A DNA stretch of 64,000 bases from an uncultured bacterium (GCA_963786935.1 CAWBAN010000003.1:384001-448000); one strand, 5' to 3'. Counted from the stretch's first letter, positions 54,556-64,000 are shown. A program made the numbers and translations. Notes: generated by a model not told the origin, from the letters alone.

Positions 54556-55644
54556 ATGAGCGATACCGTTTTTCTCACCGGGGCGACAGGTTATATCGGA
54601 TCGAGTCTCCTGCAGGCGTGGCTCGAGAAGACGGATGCGACGATCGTCGTCCTCGCGCGGAAGAAACGGGACAAGAAGGCCGCGGCGCGGGTCGAGAGCG
54701 CGCTCGCTGCGCTCTCCGCCGGGCCGGGCGGGAGCGGCTTTCCGGAGCGGATCGAGGTGGCGGAGGGGGACGTCTCGTTCGAGAGGTTCGGATTGAAGGA
54801 GAAGCCCTACCGGGAGCTCGCCTCGAGGGTCACGCATATCATTCACTGCGCGGCCGCGGCGCGCTTCGACCTCGATCTCGACGACGCGCGGAAGACGAAC
54901 GTCGGCGGCACGCGGAACATTCTCGATTTCGGGAGGGCGTGCGGCGGCTTGCGGAGAATCGATTACATCGGCACGGCCTACGTGGCGGGCCAGCGCCGCG
55001 GCGTCATCCTCGAGGACGAGCTCGATGAAGGCCAGAGGCACTGCAACACGTACGAGCACAGCAAGATGGAGGCGGAGAAGCTCGTGCGGGAGAGCATGCG
55101 GGATCTCCCGATCGCGATCCTGCGCCCGAGCATCGTCATCTGCGATTCCCGCACGGGGCGCGCGTCGAATTTCAACGGGTTCTACCGGGCGATGCGGATG
55201 TACTCGCTCGGGCTCATGCCGGCGGTCCCGGGAAATCCCGCGAGCACCATGGATCTCGTCCCGGTCGACTACGTGACCGAGGCGGTCTATTCCATCTCGA
55301 ACAACCCGGCGAGCCTCGGCAGGTGCTACCACCTGACCGCGGGATTGGGGAACGCCCCGACGCTGGCGGAGATCGCCGCGCTCGCGAGCGAGCACTTCGG
55401 CAGGGAGAAGTTCGCGATCGTCCCGCCCGAGGTGTTCGTCGCGAATATTCCGAGAATGAAGGGGCCGTTGACCGAGGAGGTCATGGACCGGATCGACGAG
55501 CTCATGCTCTACATGCCGTACCTCAACGGGCGGCTATCGTTCGACAACTCGAATACGGTGCAGGCAACCGGTCTCGAAGCCCCTCCGGCCGCGACGTACT
55601 TCGGAAAAATGGCCGAGTACATTCGATTGCATGCAACCTTGTAG
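54556..55644 (+). CDS. Fatty acyl-CoA/thioester reductase (NAD_binding_4 extended SDR)
   Basis: FLTGATGYIG, IIHCAA, NVGGT, NTYEHSK (YxxxK), RPSIV, DLVPVDYV. Confidence 0.85.
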   Translation: MSDTVFLTGATGYIGSSLLQAWLEKTDATIVVLARKKRDKKAAARVESALAALSAGPGGSGFPERIEVAEGDVSFERFGLKEKPYRELASRVTHIIHCAAAARFDLDLDDARKTNVGGTRNILDFGRACGGLRRIDYIGTAYVAGQRRGVILEDELDEGQRHCNTYEHSKMEAEKLVRESMRDLPIAILRPSIVICDSRTGRASNFNGFYRAMRMYSLGLMPAVPGNPASTMDLVPVDYVTEAVYSISNNPASLGRCYHLTAGLGNAPTLAEIAALASEHFGREKFAIVPPEVFVANIPRMKGPLTEEVMDRIDELMLYMPYLNGRLSFDNSNTVQATGLEAPPAATYFGKMAEYIRLHATL

Positions 55645-55718
55645 CGCCCTCTTGCGTTAATCACTCAAATACCCACCACGGCGAATCATGCGAAGCAGAT
55701 GAGCGGGGTGGTGTGCCT

Positions 55719-58334
55719 ATGAAACTCGGAAACCTATTAATCGGCATCATAATCGGTTTGGTTACGGCAGTCGCGGCGGCGGCCGACGGGCTGTGCGCGG
55801 GGAGCGGGCAGGATACGACGAAAGCGCCGCTGGAGCGCAAAGCGACGACGGCGGTCCACGCGACGAACGGCGGGATCAAGGTCGATGGCGTCCTCGACGA
55901 GAGTGACTGGGATCGGGCGCCGGTCACGGACGGCTTCATCCAGCAGGAACCGTACGACGGCCGCCCCGCTACCGAGCGCACGACGGTGCGGGTCGTGTAC
56001 GATGGCGAACGGATCTACGTCGGCCTCAAGGCCTACGACACGGAGCCGGGCAAGATCGCCGCGAATCTCGCGCGAAGGGACGAGGACATCCCCTCCGACT
56101 GGCTCTACGTCTGCTTCGACAGCTACGACGACAAGCGTTCGGGCTTCGTCTTCGGCGTGAACGCCGCCGGCACCAAGCAGGATATCTTCTTCTACAACGA
56201 CACCGAGCAGGACGGCAACTGGAACGCCGTCTGGGACGTCGGCACGCGCCTCGACGCCGACGGCTGGACGGCGGAGTTCGCAATTCCCTTCAGCCAGCTG
56301 CGCTTCGCGAACAACCGCGAGACGCACGCGTGGGGCTTTCAGGCGATCCGCGTCATCAGCCGGAGGACCGAGACATCCTTCCTCAATCCCGTCCCCGCGA
56401 AAGCGGACCAGTTCGTCTCGCTCTTCGGGAGGATCGAGGGGATCGAGCGCATTCCGTCGCCGTCGCGCCTCGAGCTCCTCCCGTACGCCGTGACGAGCGC
56501 CGAGAACTACGCCGAGGCCGGGGACGATCCGTTCAAGCAGAGCACGCAGTACGGCGGAAGCATCGGCGGCGATCTCAAGTACCGCCTCACGACCGATATC
56601 ACCGTCGACGCGACGATTAACCCCGATTTCGGGCAGGTCGAGCAGGATCCGTCGCAGGTCAACCTGACCGCCTACGAATCGTACTTCGCCGAGAAGCGCC
56701 CGTTCTTCATGGAGGGGGCCGGCATTTTCCAGTACCGCCTCATGTTCGGGGACGACAACAGCGAGCGCCTCTTCTACTCGCGCCGCATCGGCCGCGCGCC
56801 GCAGCTCTCCCCGCTCGAGTCCGAGCGGTTCGTCGACACCGAGGGCTACTACGAGGACACGCCGCAATACACGACGATCCTCGGCGCCGCGAAGGTCACG
56901 GGGAAGACCTCGGACGGTGTCTCGATCGGGCTTCTCGAGGCGCTGACCGACAAGGAGGAGTCGGTCGTCGAGATCCCCGGGGGAGACCGCCTCGGCGTCG
57001 CCGTCGAGCCCATGACGAACTACCTCGTCGCCCGCGCGCAGAAGGACTACAACGGCGGCCGAACGACCCTCGGCGGCATCTTCACGAACGTCGCGCGCGA
57101 TCTCGCGGGAGGGGACTTCGACGGCCTCATGAAGACCGCATTCACGGGGGGGCTCGATTTCTCCCACCGCTGGCACGACAACGAGTACTACGTGAGCGGG
57201 CGGGTCCTCGGGAGCTATCTCCACGGGAGCGAGGAGGCCCTCACGAAGGTCCAGACCTCCTCGGCGCGCTACTACCAGCGGCCGGACGCCGACTACGTCG
57301 AGTACGACCCGACGCGAACCTCGCTCGCCGGCTACGGGAGCGTCCTCGAGGCGGGCCGCACCGGCGGGGAGCACTGGAACTACCTGCTCGGGCTCAGGCT
57401 GCGCTCCCCGGGCTTCGAGGTGAACGATATCGGCTACATGGCGGAGGCGGACAACGTCCTGAGCGTCGCGTGGGTGGGTTACCGGTACCGGGAACCGAGG
57501 TGGATCGTGAAGCGCACGAGCGTCAACCTGAACCTGTACGACGAGCGGAACTACGGCAACGATCAGACGGGCTCCGGCGGCAACATCAACGGGTCCGTCC
57601 TCTTCACGAACAACTGGGGCGTCTATGCCGGCGTCGAGCACATGATGGAGCGTCTCGTCTCGAGCGTCACGCGCGGCGGGCCGCTCGTGGTCTCGCCCGC
57701 GAAATTCAACTCGTGGTTCGGCGCGAACACGGACGACCGCAAGCGCCTCATGGTCGGGTTCGACGGGGGTTATAACCGGAACGAAGAGGGATTCGCGGGA
57801 TACTACGGCGGGCCGTATGTCACCCTGAGGCCGGTCAGCCGGCTCGAGCTGCAGCTCTCCTCCCAGTACGAGTACAGCGTCAACGATCTTCAGTATGTCG
57901 AAGCGATCGACGATCACTACGTCCTCGCCCACATCGACATGGACGTCGTGAGCGTCACGGGCCGGGTCAACTACTGCATCACCCCCGAGATGAGCCTGCA
58001 GGTCTACGCGATGCCTTTTGTCGCGGCGGGGCGCTACAGCGACTACCGGGAGGTCGTTTCTCCCCGGGCCGACGAGTATGCGGACCGCTTCGCCCCGTAC
58101 GACTATCTCGCGGCGAACGAGAGCCCCGATTTCAACTTCAAGGAGATCCGCTCGAACGTCGTGTTCAGGTGGGAATGGAGCCCCGGATCGACGCTCTACC
58201 TTGTCTGGTCGCGCAACGCCGCCGATTACGAGGAGAACGGCGCCTTCGACGCGGGGCACGATTTCGATCAGCTCTTCTCGACATCCGGCGACAACGCCTT
58301 CATGATCAAGATCACCAAGTGGTTCAACATGTGA
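55719..58334 (+). CDS. CBM9-like + DUF5916 outer-membrane protein
   Basis: Signal peptide, VDGVLDE..W, W.AEFAIPFSQLRF, TINPDFGQVE.D, EKRPFF.EG, LFYSRRIG; C-terminal beta strand KITKWF. Confidence 0.82.
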   Translation: MKLGNLLIGIIIGLVTAVAAAADGLCAGSGQDTTKAPLERKATTAVHATNGGIKVDGVLDESDWDRAPVTDGFIQQEPYDGRPATERTTVRVVYDGERIYVGLKAYDTEPGKIAANLARRDEDIPSDWLYVCFDSYDDKRSGFVFGVNAAGTKQDIFFYNDTEQDGNWNAVWDVGTRLDADGWTAEFAIPFSQLRFANNRETHAWGFQAIRVISRRTETSFLNPVPAKADQFVSLFGRIEGIERIPSPSRLELLPYAVTSAENYAEAGDDPFKQSTQYGGSIGGDLKYRLTTDITVDATINPDFGQVEQDPSQVNLTAYESYFAEKRPFFMEGAGIFQYRLMFGDDNSERLFYSRRIGRAPQLSPLESERFVDTEGYYEDTPQYTTILGAAKVTGKTSDGVSIGLLEALTDKEESVVEIPGGDRLGVAVEPMTNYLVARAQKDYNGGRTTLGGIFTNVARDLAGGDFDGLMKTAFTGGLDFSHRWHDNEYYVSGRVLGSYLHGSEEALTKVQTSSARYYQRPDADYVEYDPTRTSLAGYGSVLEAGRTGGEHWNYLLGLRLRSPGFEVNDIGYMAEADNVLSVAWVGYRYREPRWIVKRTSVNLNLYDERNYGNDQTGSGGNINGSVLFTNNWGVYAGVEHMMERLVSSVTRGGPLVVSPAKFNSWFGANTDDRKRLMVGFDGGYNRNEEGFAGYYGGPYVTLRPVSRLELQLSSQYEYSVNDLQYVEAIDDHYVLAHIDMDVVSVTGRVNYCITPEMSLQVYAMPFVAAGRYSDYREVVSPRADEYADRFAPYDYLAANESPDFNFKEIRSNVVFRWEWSPGSTLYLVWSRNAADYEENGAFDAGHDFDQLFSTSGDNAFMIKITKWFNM

Positions 58335-58594
58335 CCTCGCCGATCCCCTGAAAGGGCGATCCGGATCCCCCCGCGGGCGTTTAAAGCACCCGCCGGCGGG
58401 GGGCCGGCGCCCCTTCAGAAGGGTCGATCCGGCCCTCCGGAGGGGGGGGCGGCGCCTCCAAAAAAAAGTGAAAAAAATGGCTGAAACATGAAGAAAAGTG
58501 TATTCAAAATCGCTCCCCCTGCGATAATATGCGGCTCGATAAATCAGTCCGTCCGTAGCCAGTGACTCGAGCCAGCGAAGGAGGAGAACTCGCC

Positions 58595-58924
58595 ATGGCA
58601 AAGAAAAAAGCTGCCAAGGCCGCTAACAAGCCGCCGAACAGAGGCGAAGTGTATCGCGAGATCGCGGCGAAGACCGGTCTCGCCCGCAAGGACGTCGTCG
58701 CGGTGTGCGACAATCTGACCAAGGTCATGGTCAAGTCCGTCAAGACGTACGGGATGTTCAACTACATGGGTCTTCTGAAGCTCACCCTCGTGCGGAAGCC
58801 GGCGGTCGCGGGCGGCAAGCTCGTGCGCAATCCGTTCACGGGCGAAATGGTGAAGCAAAAAGCCCGTCCGGCCTCGCGCTCGGTGCGTGTCCGTCCGCTC
58901 AAGGTCATCAAGGACATGCTCTAA
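58595..58924 (+). CDS. HU family DNA-binding protein
   Basis: Basic 109-aa protein, IAAKTGL.RKDV, arm motif RNPFTGE...KARPAS; GGAGGAG RBS. Confidence 0.88.
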   Translation: MAKKKAAKAANKPPNRGEVYREIAAKTGLARKDVVAVCDNLTKVMVKSVKTYGMFNYMGLLKLTLVRKPAVAGGKLVRNPFTGEMVKQKARPASRSVRVRPLKVIKDML

Positions 58925-58957
58925 AAGCAGGCTGCGGATACATAGTCTGACAACAGT

Positions 58958-58985
58958 CGACCCCCGGGCGCATGCCTGGGGGTCG
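58958..58985. terminator. Hairpin between convergent HU and GGDEF/HD-GYP genes
   Basis: CGACCCCCGGGC-gcat-GCCTGGGGGTCG, 12-bp stem with one G-U pair. Confidence 0.55.
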
Positions 58986-59028
58986 CTTGCTTATTGAAGA
59001 GACGATTCGCGGAAGCCGCCGCGGGGCG

Positions 59029-60885
59029 TTACTGCGCGGACTCGAGGAATTCGACGACCTCGCCGACGAGGATCGGATCGAACTGGGTTCCCGAGCATCT
59101 CCGAAGCTCCTTGATCGCCCGCTTCTTGCTGATGCCCTTCCGGTACGGCCGTGTGTTCGTCATGGCGTCGTACGCGTCGATGATCGAGAAGATTCTGCAT
59201 TCGAGAGGTATCTGTTCCCCCTCAAGGCCGTCGGCATAGCCGTTGCCGTCCCAGAATTCATGGTGGTGCCGGATGAGTTCGGAAACATGAAAGAGCTCCT
59301 TGGAGCGGCATGCCAGGTGGCATCCGATCTGCACATGCTCCTTCATTTTCTCAAATTCGTCCTCGGTGAGCTTTCTGGGTTTGAACAGAATCTTGTCGGG
59401 AATTCCGACCTTCCCCACGTCATGCACCTTGGCCAAGAGTATCAGATTCTTCGTCTGGTCGTCGGAGAGAGGTATCCTTCCGGCGATGCGCTCCGCCATC
59501 ACCGAGAGCCGCTCGGCATGTCCCTCCGCGACGAAATCCCGCTCCGACAGCGCGGAAAGCAGTATGTCTATCACCTTGCTCTTCTGGCTTCCGGCCTGGA
59601 TGAGCTTGTACTCATACATATTCTCGTCCGCTCTCTGATAGATGTCATAGATGCTCTCCCCGGGAGCGGTCAGAGACGTCGCCACCCCGATCGACATGTT
59701 CAACTCGACCGGCGGGTTGCCGCCGTTATAAAGGTGGATTGATTTTGATATCTTATTCTTCTTCGCCAGGGCCGCCTTGTTATCGACGCCCGGGAGTATT
59801 ATGCAGAATTCGTCTCCGCCGATTCTCGCAACGAGATCCACCTGCCTGAAGTTCTCGGAGATGACCTTCGCCGCGGATATCAGAACGTCGTCACCGGCCC
59901 TATGGCCGAGCGTATCGTTCACGATTTTCAGCCCGTCGATATCGATGACCATGATGCTGACGGGCGCCGATCGGGCGAGATCCTTGCCCAGGCGCGCCAT
60001 CTGCTCCGAAAAATAGTTCCTGTTGTAGAGGCCCGTGAGATTGTCGTGAAAGCTTTTGTACTCGAAGCGCTCCCTGCTCTCCTCGAGCGCCTTTTCCATC
60101 TTGCTGCGTTCGGTGATGTCCTCGATGGCGAGGAGAATCATGTCCGCCGCGCTCGAATCGCCCGGTATCTTTCGGGCGTTCAGGAGCATCGTTCGTCGTC
60201 CGATGACGGGGAACTCGTGCTCGACCTCAAAATCGTCGAACGCGATGCTTTTGTGCAGCGACTTTTCCAGAAGCTCGCGCAACCGGGGGATATCCCATTG
60301 CCGGTTGCCCAGCTCGAAGATGAACTGCCCGTCGGTTTCTCGGGGCTTGGCCTTGAACATCGTGTAGTAGGAGCGATTGGCGGAAAGCACCCGGAGGTCG
60401 GCGCCGAGCACGAGCAGGGGTTCGCGGATGGTGTCCACGATGCTTTCGGAATATTCCCGGGAATTATCGACTGCCCGTTCGGCTCGCTTGCGATCGGTGA
60501 TGTCTCGAACGTTGCACTGGATCACTTTGCTGTGGTTGATCTGATAGACGTTGCTGACGAATTCCACTTCGATCAGCCGCCCATCCTTCGTTTCGAGCGG
60601 CAGGTCCTCGTACCGAACGTATTCTTTCGTCTGCAGCTCCAGGAAAGCGCTCTTGCATTCCTTGACGTTCTTCATGGGGCCGATCTGCCAGAGCTTCTTC
60701 CCGACCAAATCCTCGTGCGGGTAACCGAGCATCTCGATCAAGAACGGGTTGACGTCGTCGATTGTGCCCGTGGCCGCATCCAGGATCAATATCCCGTCTT
60801 TCGCCGCCTCGAAAAGCCTGCGGTACCGCGCTTCCGAGGCTGCCAGCTCTTCCGCCACTTTATCGCGTTCGTCGGGGGTGCTCAT
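59029..60885 (-). CDS. PAS-PAS-GGDEF-HD-GYP c-di-GMP turnover protein
   Basis: Two PAS domains (DITDRK, DITER), HDNLTGLYNR, RQVD I-site with RIGGDEF, HDVGK, HHEFWDGNGYA, DAYDAMT..RPYR. Confidence 0.9.
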   Translation of the reverse strand: MSTPDERDKVAEELAASEARYRRLFEAAKDGILILDAATGTIDDVNPFLIEMLGYPHEDLVGKKLWQIGPMKNVKECKSAFLELQTKEYVRYEDLPLETKDGRLIEVEFVSNVYQINHSKVIQCNVRDITDRKRAERAVDNSREYSESIVDTIREPLLVLGADLRVLSANRSYYTMFKAKPRETDGQFIFELGNRQWDIPRLRELLEKSLHKSIAFDDFEVEHEFPVIGRRTMLLNARKIPGDSSAADMILLAIEDITERSKMEKALEESRERFEYKSFHDNLTGLYNRNYFSEQMARLGKDLARSAPVSIMVIDIDGLKIVNDTLGHRAGDDVLISAAKVISENFRQVDLVARIGGDEFCIILPGVDNKAALAKKNKISKSIHLYNGGNPPVELNMSIGVATSLTAPGESIYDIYQRADENMYEYKLIQAGSQKSKVIDILLSALSERDFVAEGHAERLSVMAERIAGRIPLSDDQTKNLILLAKVHDVGKVGIPDKILFKPRKLTEDEFEKMKEHVQIGCHLACRSKELFHVSELIRHHHEFWDGNGYADGLEGEQIPLECRIFSIIDAYDAMTNTRPYRKGISKKRAIKELRRCSGTQFDPILVGEVVEFLESAQ

Positions 60886-60933
60886 GGAAGGCAGACTGCG
60901 CCGGGGGATGCGTTTTGTCCACCATTAATTCGC

Positions 60934-61416
60934 TCAGACCTTGAACAGGATGCGCCCCCGGTAAAACGGCTCCTTGTCCTTGTAGAAAACGAGCTTCACT
61001 TCCCACTCGCCGGGCATGACGACGTTCACGGGGAGGAGCAGGTCGTTCTTCTTGTTGGGCAGGAAGAACACCTCGCCCGAGTCGTGCGCGCCCCGCATCG
61101 AGGGCATGTCCGAAAGGCCGGTGATCTCCCAGTCCGTGACGCGCGTGCCGCCCTTGTCGAAGATCTGGACGATGAGAATCGCGGTGCCGAGCTTCGGTTT
61201 CTTATCCCATTTCCATTTGAAGTAGTACGCGTCGCCGATCCAGCATTTCTTGCCGGCCGAGGGGAGATCGTTGTACACGGGCTCCTGCACGAGCGCGCCC
61301 GCGTGGGGCGCCGCCTTTCCCGGGACCTGCTTCATCGGCGGGGGCGTTTGCTGGGCGAATGCCCCCGCGGCGAGCGCGAGCACGAGCAGTATCGCGATCA
61401 TCAATCTCGTCATCAT
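60934..61416 (-). CDS. Secreted YtkA/FixH-like Ig-fold protein
   Basis: Signal peptide; DMPSM..AH motif; VVMPGEWEV. Confidence 0.6.
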   Translation of the reverse strand: MMTRLMIAILLVLALAAGAFAQQTPPPMKQVPGKAAPHAGALVQEPVYNDLPSAGKKCWIGDAYYFKWKWDKKPKLGTAILIVQIFDKGGTRVTDWEITGLSDMPSMRGAHDSGEVFFLPNKKNDLLLPVNVVMPGEWEVKLVFYKDKEPFYRGRILFKV

Positions 61417-61449
61417 GGCGACGAGCCTCCTTCTTACGGGCCGCCGGCG

Positions 61450-62196
61450 TCACGCCGGATTGTGCAGCTTTCCGTCCCTGAGCTCGACGATGCGGTCCGC
61501 GTTCTTCGCGAGCTCCATGTTATGGGTCACGAGCACGACCGAGAGCCCCTCCTTCTTGTTGAGCTCCCTGAGAATCTCCCCGATCTCGCTGCTGCGGCGG
61601 GCGTCGAGGTTGCCCGTCGGCTCGTCGGCGAGGAGAATGCGCGGCTTGTTGACGAGCGCGCGCGCGATCGCGACGCGCTGCATCTCGCCGCCGGAAATCT
61701 CCCCCGGCAGGTGCCCCGCGCGGTTATCGATACCGAGGAGCCTCATGACCTTGTCCACCTCGGCCTCGGCCCCGGGCTTCTTGAAGAAGGCGAACGGGAG
61801 CATGACGTTCTCCCGCACGGTGAGCGTCGGGATGAGGTAGAACTTCTGGAAAATGTAGCCGAAAAGCTCGCGTCTCAAGTCGGTGAGCTTTCCCTCGCTC
61901 AGGGTCACGCCCTCGTCGAAGATCTTCTTGCCGCAGAGCTCGAGGCGCCCCGAGGTGGGGTTGTCGAGGCAGCCGAGGATGTTGATGAGCGTCGTCTTTC
62001 CCGAGCCCGAAGGCCCGATGAAGGCGACGAAGCTCCCCTCGGCGATCTCGAGAGAGACGCCGTCGACCGCGTGGATCTCCTCGGCGCCGCGGCGGTAGAT
62101 CTTCGTGAGGCGATCGGCCGCTATCGTCGGACAGGTCGCGCCGCTCGCGGCCGCGCCGCCCGTCGGGGCCCCGCTTGCCTGCTTCGCGCTCATCAT
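61450..62196 (-). CDS. ABC transporter ATP-binding protein (LolD/MacB-type)
   Basis: Walker A GPSGSGKT, ISGGEMQRVAIARAL, LADEPTGNLD, VTH. ATGA overlap with the permease stop. Confidence 0.92.
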   Translation of the reverse strand: MMSAKQASGAPTGGAAASGATCPTIAADRLTKIYRRGAEEIHAVDGVSLEIAEGSFVAFIGPSGSGKTTLINILGCLDNPTSGRLELCGKKIFDEGVTLSEGKLTDLRRELFGYIFQKFYLIPTLTVRENVMLPFAFFKKPGAEAEVDKVMRLLGIDNRAGHLPGEISGGEMQRVAIARALVNKPRILLADEPTGNLDARRSSEIGEILRELNKKEGLSVVLVTHNMELAKNADRIVELRDGKLHNPA

Positions 62197-63383
62197 TCCA
62201 CCTCGCTTCTGATCGTCTCGATGGGCCGCACGCTTCCCGCCCGCCAGGCGGGATAGACGCCGCTCAAGAGCCCGATCAACGTGACCACGCCGAGGGTGAA
62301 GAGCGCCAGGCGAGCGTCGATCGTGACGAGCCCGCCGCTCGGCGCATAGGGGAGAAGCCGCCGGATGAGAACCTCGGTGAGCTTCGCCGTCCCGAGCGCC
62401 ATCGCGCAGCCGACCACGCCTCCCGCCACGCAGAGGATCACCGTCTCGATCCAGATGAGCTTGAAGATGTCGCGCGCCTTGGCGCCCATCGCCTTCAGGA
62501 TGCCGATCTCCTGGCGGCGCTCCATGACCGACATGAGGATCGTGTTCACGACGCCCACGACCGCGATGAGGATCGCGATAAGCGCGATCGAGAGCACCAT
62601 CACCTTCGCCGTCGAGATGAGCGTCATGATCGTGTTCTTGACCTGCGTCATGCTCACGACCTGGACGTCCGGGAGCCGGTACATCCGCTCCTCGAACTTC
62701 GCGATATCGACGTCCTTCCTGACCTTGATCCCGATGCCGGTGAGCGAGCCTTCCTGATGGAAGATCTTCTGCACGGTCGCGAGCGGCAGGAATATCGTGC
62801 CGTCGTCCTGCGTGCCGGTGCGCTCGAGGATGCCGACGATCTTCACCGCGACGTTCTTCTCGGGAATGAGGAGCGAGTCGCCGACGGCGCGCTGCTCGAG
62901 CTCGGCCGCCTCGTAGCCCATGACCGCCTCGTACGAGTTCGGGTCGGTGAACCACGCGCCGGCCTGGAAGGGCATTTTCCCTTTCATCTTCGGGAAGGTC
63001 GCCGGATCGATGCCGAGGTAGGCCGTGATGCCGCCGCTCTCCCCCTTGTTGGGATCGAAGACGGCCTGCATGAGCATCTGCGTCACCTGGTCCACCTCGG
63101 GCTGCGCCGAGATCGAGTCGGCGATGCGCTGATCCATGTAGCGGAGCCCCGTGCCTCCCTTGAGCATGAGGGTGGCCGCCTCGTAGGGGCACCCCTTCGC
63201 GGTCACGAGCATCTGGTAGCCGAGGTTGTCGATGTCCTTGCCGAGGGAGAGCTGGTAGCCCTTGTTGAATCCGAGCAGGCTCGCGAGCACCCACGCGGCG
63301 AGCGCGATGCCGAGCACGGTGAGGACGCTGCGGATCTTTTTTCGCAGGAGATTCTTGTAGGCGATGCGGGAAATATTGATCAT
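62193..63383 (-). CDS. MacB/FtsX-type ABC permease
   Basis: KNLLRKKIRS.LT.LGI, periplasmic domain with KGCPYE, ERRQEIGILKAMGA, YPAWRA...PIE. Confidence 0.9.
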   Translation of the reverse strand: MINISRIAYKNLLRKKIRSVLTVLGIALAAWVLASLLGFNKGYQLSLGKDIDNLGYQMLVTAKGCPYEAATLMLKGGTGLRYMDQRIADSISAQPEVDQVTQMLMQAVFDPNKGESGGITAYLGIDPATFPKMKGKMPFQAGAWFTDPNSYEAVMGYEAAELEQRAVGDSLLIPEKNVAVKIVGILERTGTQDDGTIFLPLATVQKIFHQEGSLTGIGIKVRKDVDIAKFEERMYRLPDVQVVSMTQVKNTIMTLISTAKVMVLSIALIAILIAVVGVVNTILMSVMERRQEIGILKAMGAKARDIFKLIWIETVILCVAGGVVGCAMALGTAKLTEVLIRRLLPYAPSGGLVTIDARLALFTLGVVTLIGLLSGVYPAWRAGSVRPIETIRSEVE

Positions 63384-63441
63384 TTCATCGTGCCTCCGGT
63401 CGGTTGAGCTGCGGCCCGTCACGCCGGTCGCGCGGCGCGCG

Positions 63442-63999
63442 TCATGATTTCGTGGCGCCTGCGGGCTTGAAGTATTTCAGGTGAACGTTATCGAGGAGAA
63501 ACTCATCGACGAGGATGAGGTTCTTCTTCACGGCGCGGAGAATGGCGGCGAAGTCATCCGCGGAGTCGGGGGCGGGATTCTTGATGGCCGCGATCTTCCC
63601 GGGCGGCGTCTCCTTGCCCGAGACAGGGTCGTAGCGATAGAACTCCTCGATGCCGAGCCCTGCGAACTTGCGCCCGAACGCCTCGTCGCGGAAGGCCTTC
63701 GAGCCCTTCGACGTCAGCTTCTGGAGATAAAACGCGCGAATGTTCCCCTGCGGGTCAAGGGCGAGGAACACCTGTATCCCGCCGTAGCGCCCCTTCTGAT
63801 TCACGCCGTGAATGTAGCCGACGATCTCCGCGCCCTTGTAGATGCGGTACATCGTGTAGGGGACGTCGATGTTCTCGTAGAGCCCGGCGAACTTGTCCCC
63901 GAGACGCGCTTCGATCTCGTGAAGCAGCGGCTCGCCGCCCTTTTTCCCGATCGAGACGTAGAGCGCCTTGTAACCGGTCGATTCGGGGAACAGACGCTT
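63442..63999 (-). CDS. FMN-binding-domain-like protein (5' truncated by window edge)
   Basis: Frame open to the window end (KRLFPESTGY...); GY...KG.YG.IQV.LALD..G.I...F...F.G pattern of the RnfG/NosR FMN_bind-like fold. Confidence 0.55.
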   Translation of the reverse strand, partial: KRLFPESTGYKALYVSIGKKGGEPLLHEIEARLGDKFAGLYENIDVPYTMYRIYKGAEIVGYIHGVNQKGRYGGIQVFLALDPQGNIRAFYLQKLTSKGSKAFRDEAFGRKFAGLGIEEFYRYDPVSGKETPPGKIAAIKNPAPDSADDFAAILRAVKKNLILVDEFLLDNVHLKYFKPAGATKS

Positions 64000-64000
64000 C

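Noticed and set aside
1..64000. tRNA, rRNA, riboswitch, CRISPR, integrase or transposase
   Set aside because: None recognised by eye; intergenic regions are short. An Infernal/Rfam scan would be needed to exclude small RNAs.

Overview
High-GC bacterial chromosomal segment with about 43 genes. I found no rRNA, tRNA, CRISPR array or intact mobile element. Gene content and a C-terminal 'TWGxIK' motif suggest a diderm FCB-associated candidate phylum such as Latescibacterota/Krumholzibacteriota (inference). Left part: the 3' end of a tryptophanase-like lyase, an orphan GAF-PAS histidine kinase, a PhzF-family gene, and a 10-gene chemosensory operon (cheR-mcp-cheW-cheD-cheB-cheA-cheC-cheY-TPR-DUF4388/TPR) behind a sigma-54-type promoter. 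This operon resembles the myxobacterial Dif pathway and its MCP has no ligand-binding domain. Middle: peptide-utilisation genes (S46 dipeptidyl peptidase, CstA, POT transporter), secreted hydrolase and beta-helix proteins, an MFP plus two tandem RND permeases, carAB and a glucan phosphorylase. Right part: a czcCBA-like heavy-metal efflux operon preceded by a Cys-rich upstream ORF ending in RPPR and by a hairpin (candidate metal-sensing ribosome-stalling attenuator), a lipase/acyl-CoA ligase/thioester-reductase operon, a DUF5916 outer-membrane protein, HU, a PAS-PAS-GGDEF-HD-GYP gene and an FMN-bind-like/ABC/YtkA-like operon. Three genes carry single-base-deletion frameshifts that are most likely sequencing errors. 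All family assignments come from motif recognition by eye; no database searches were run.
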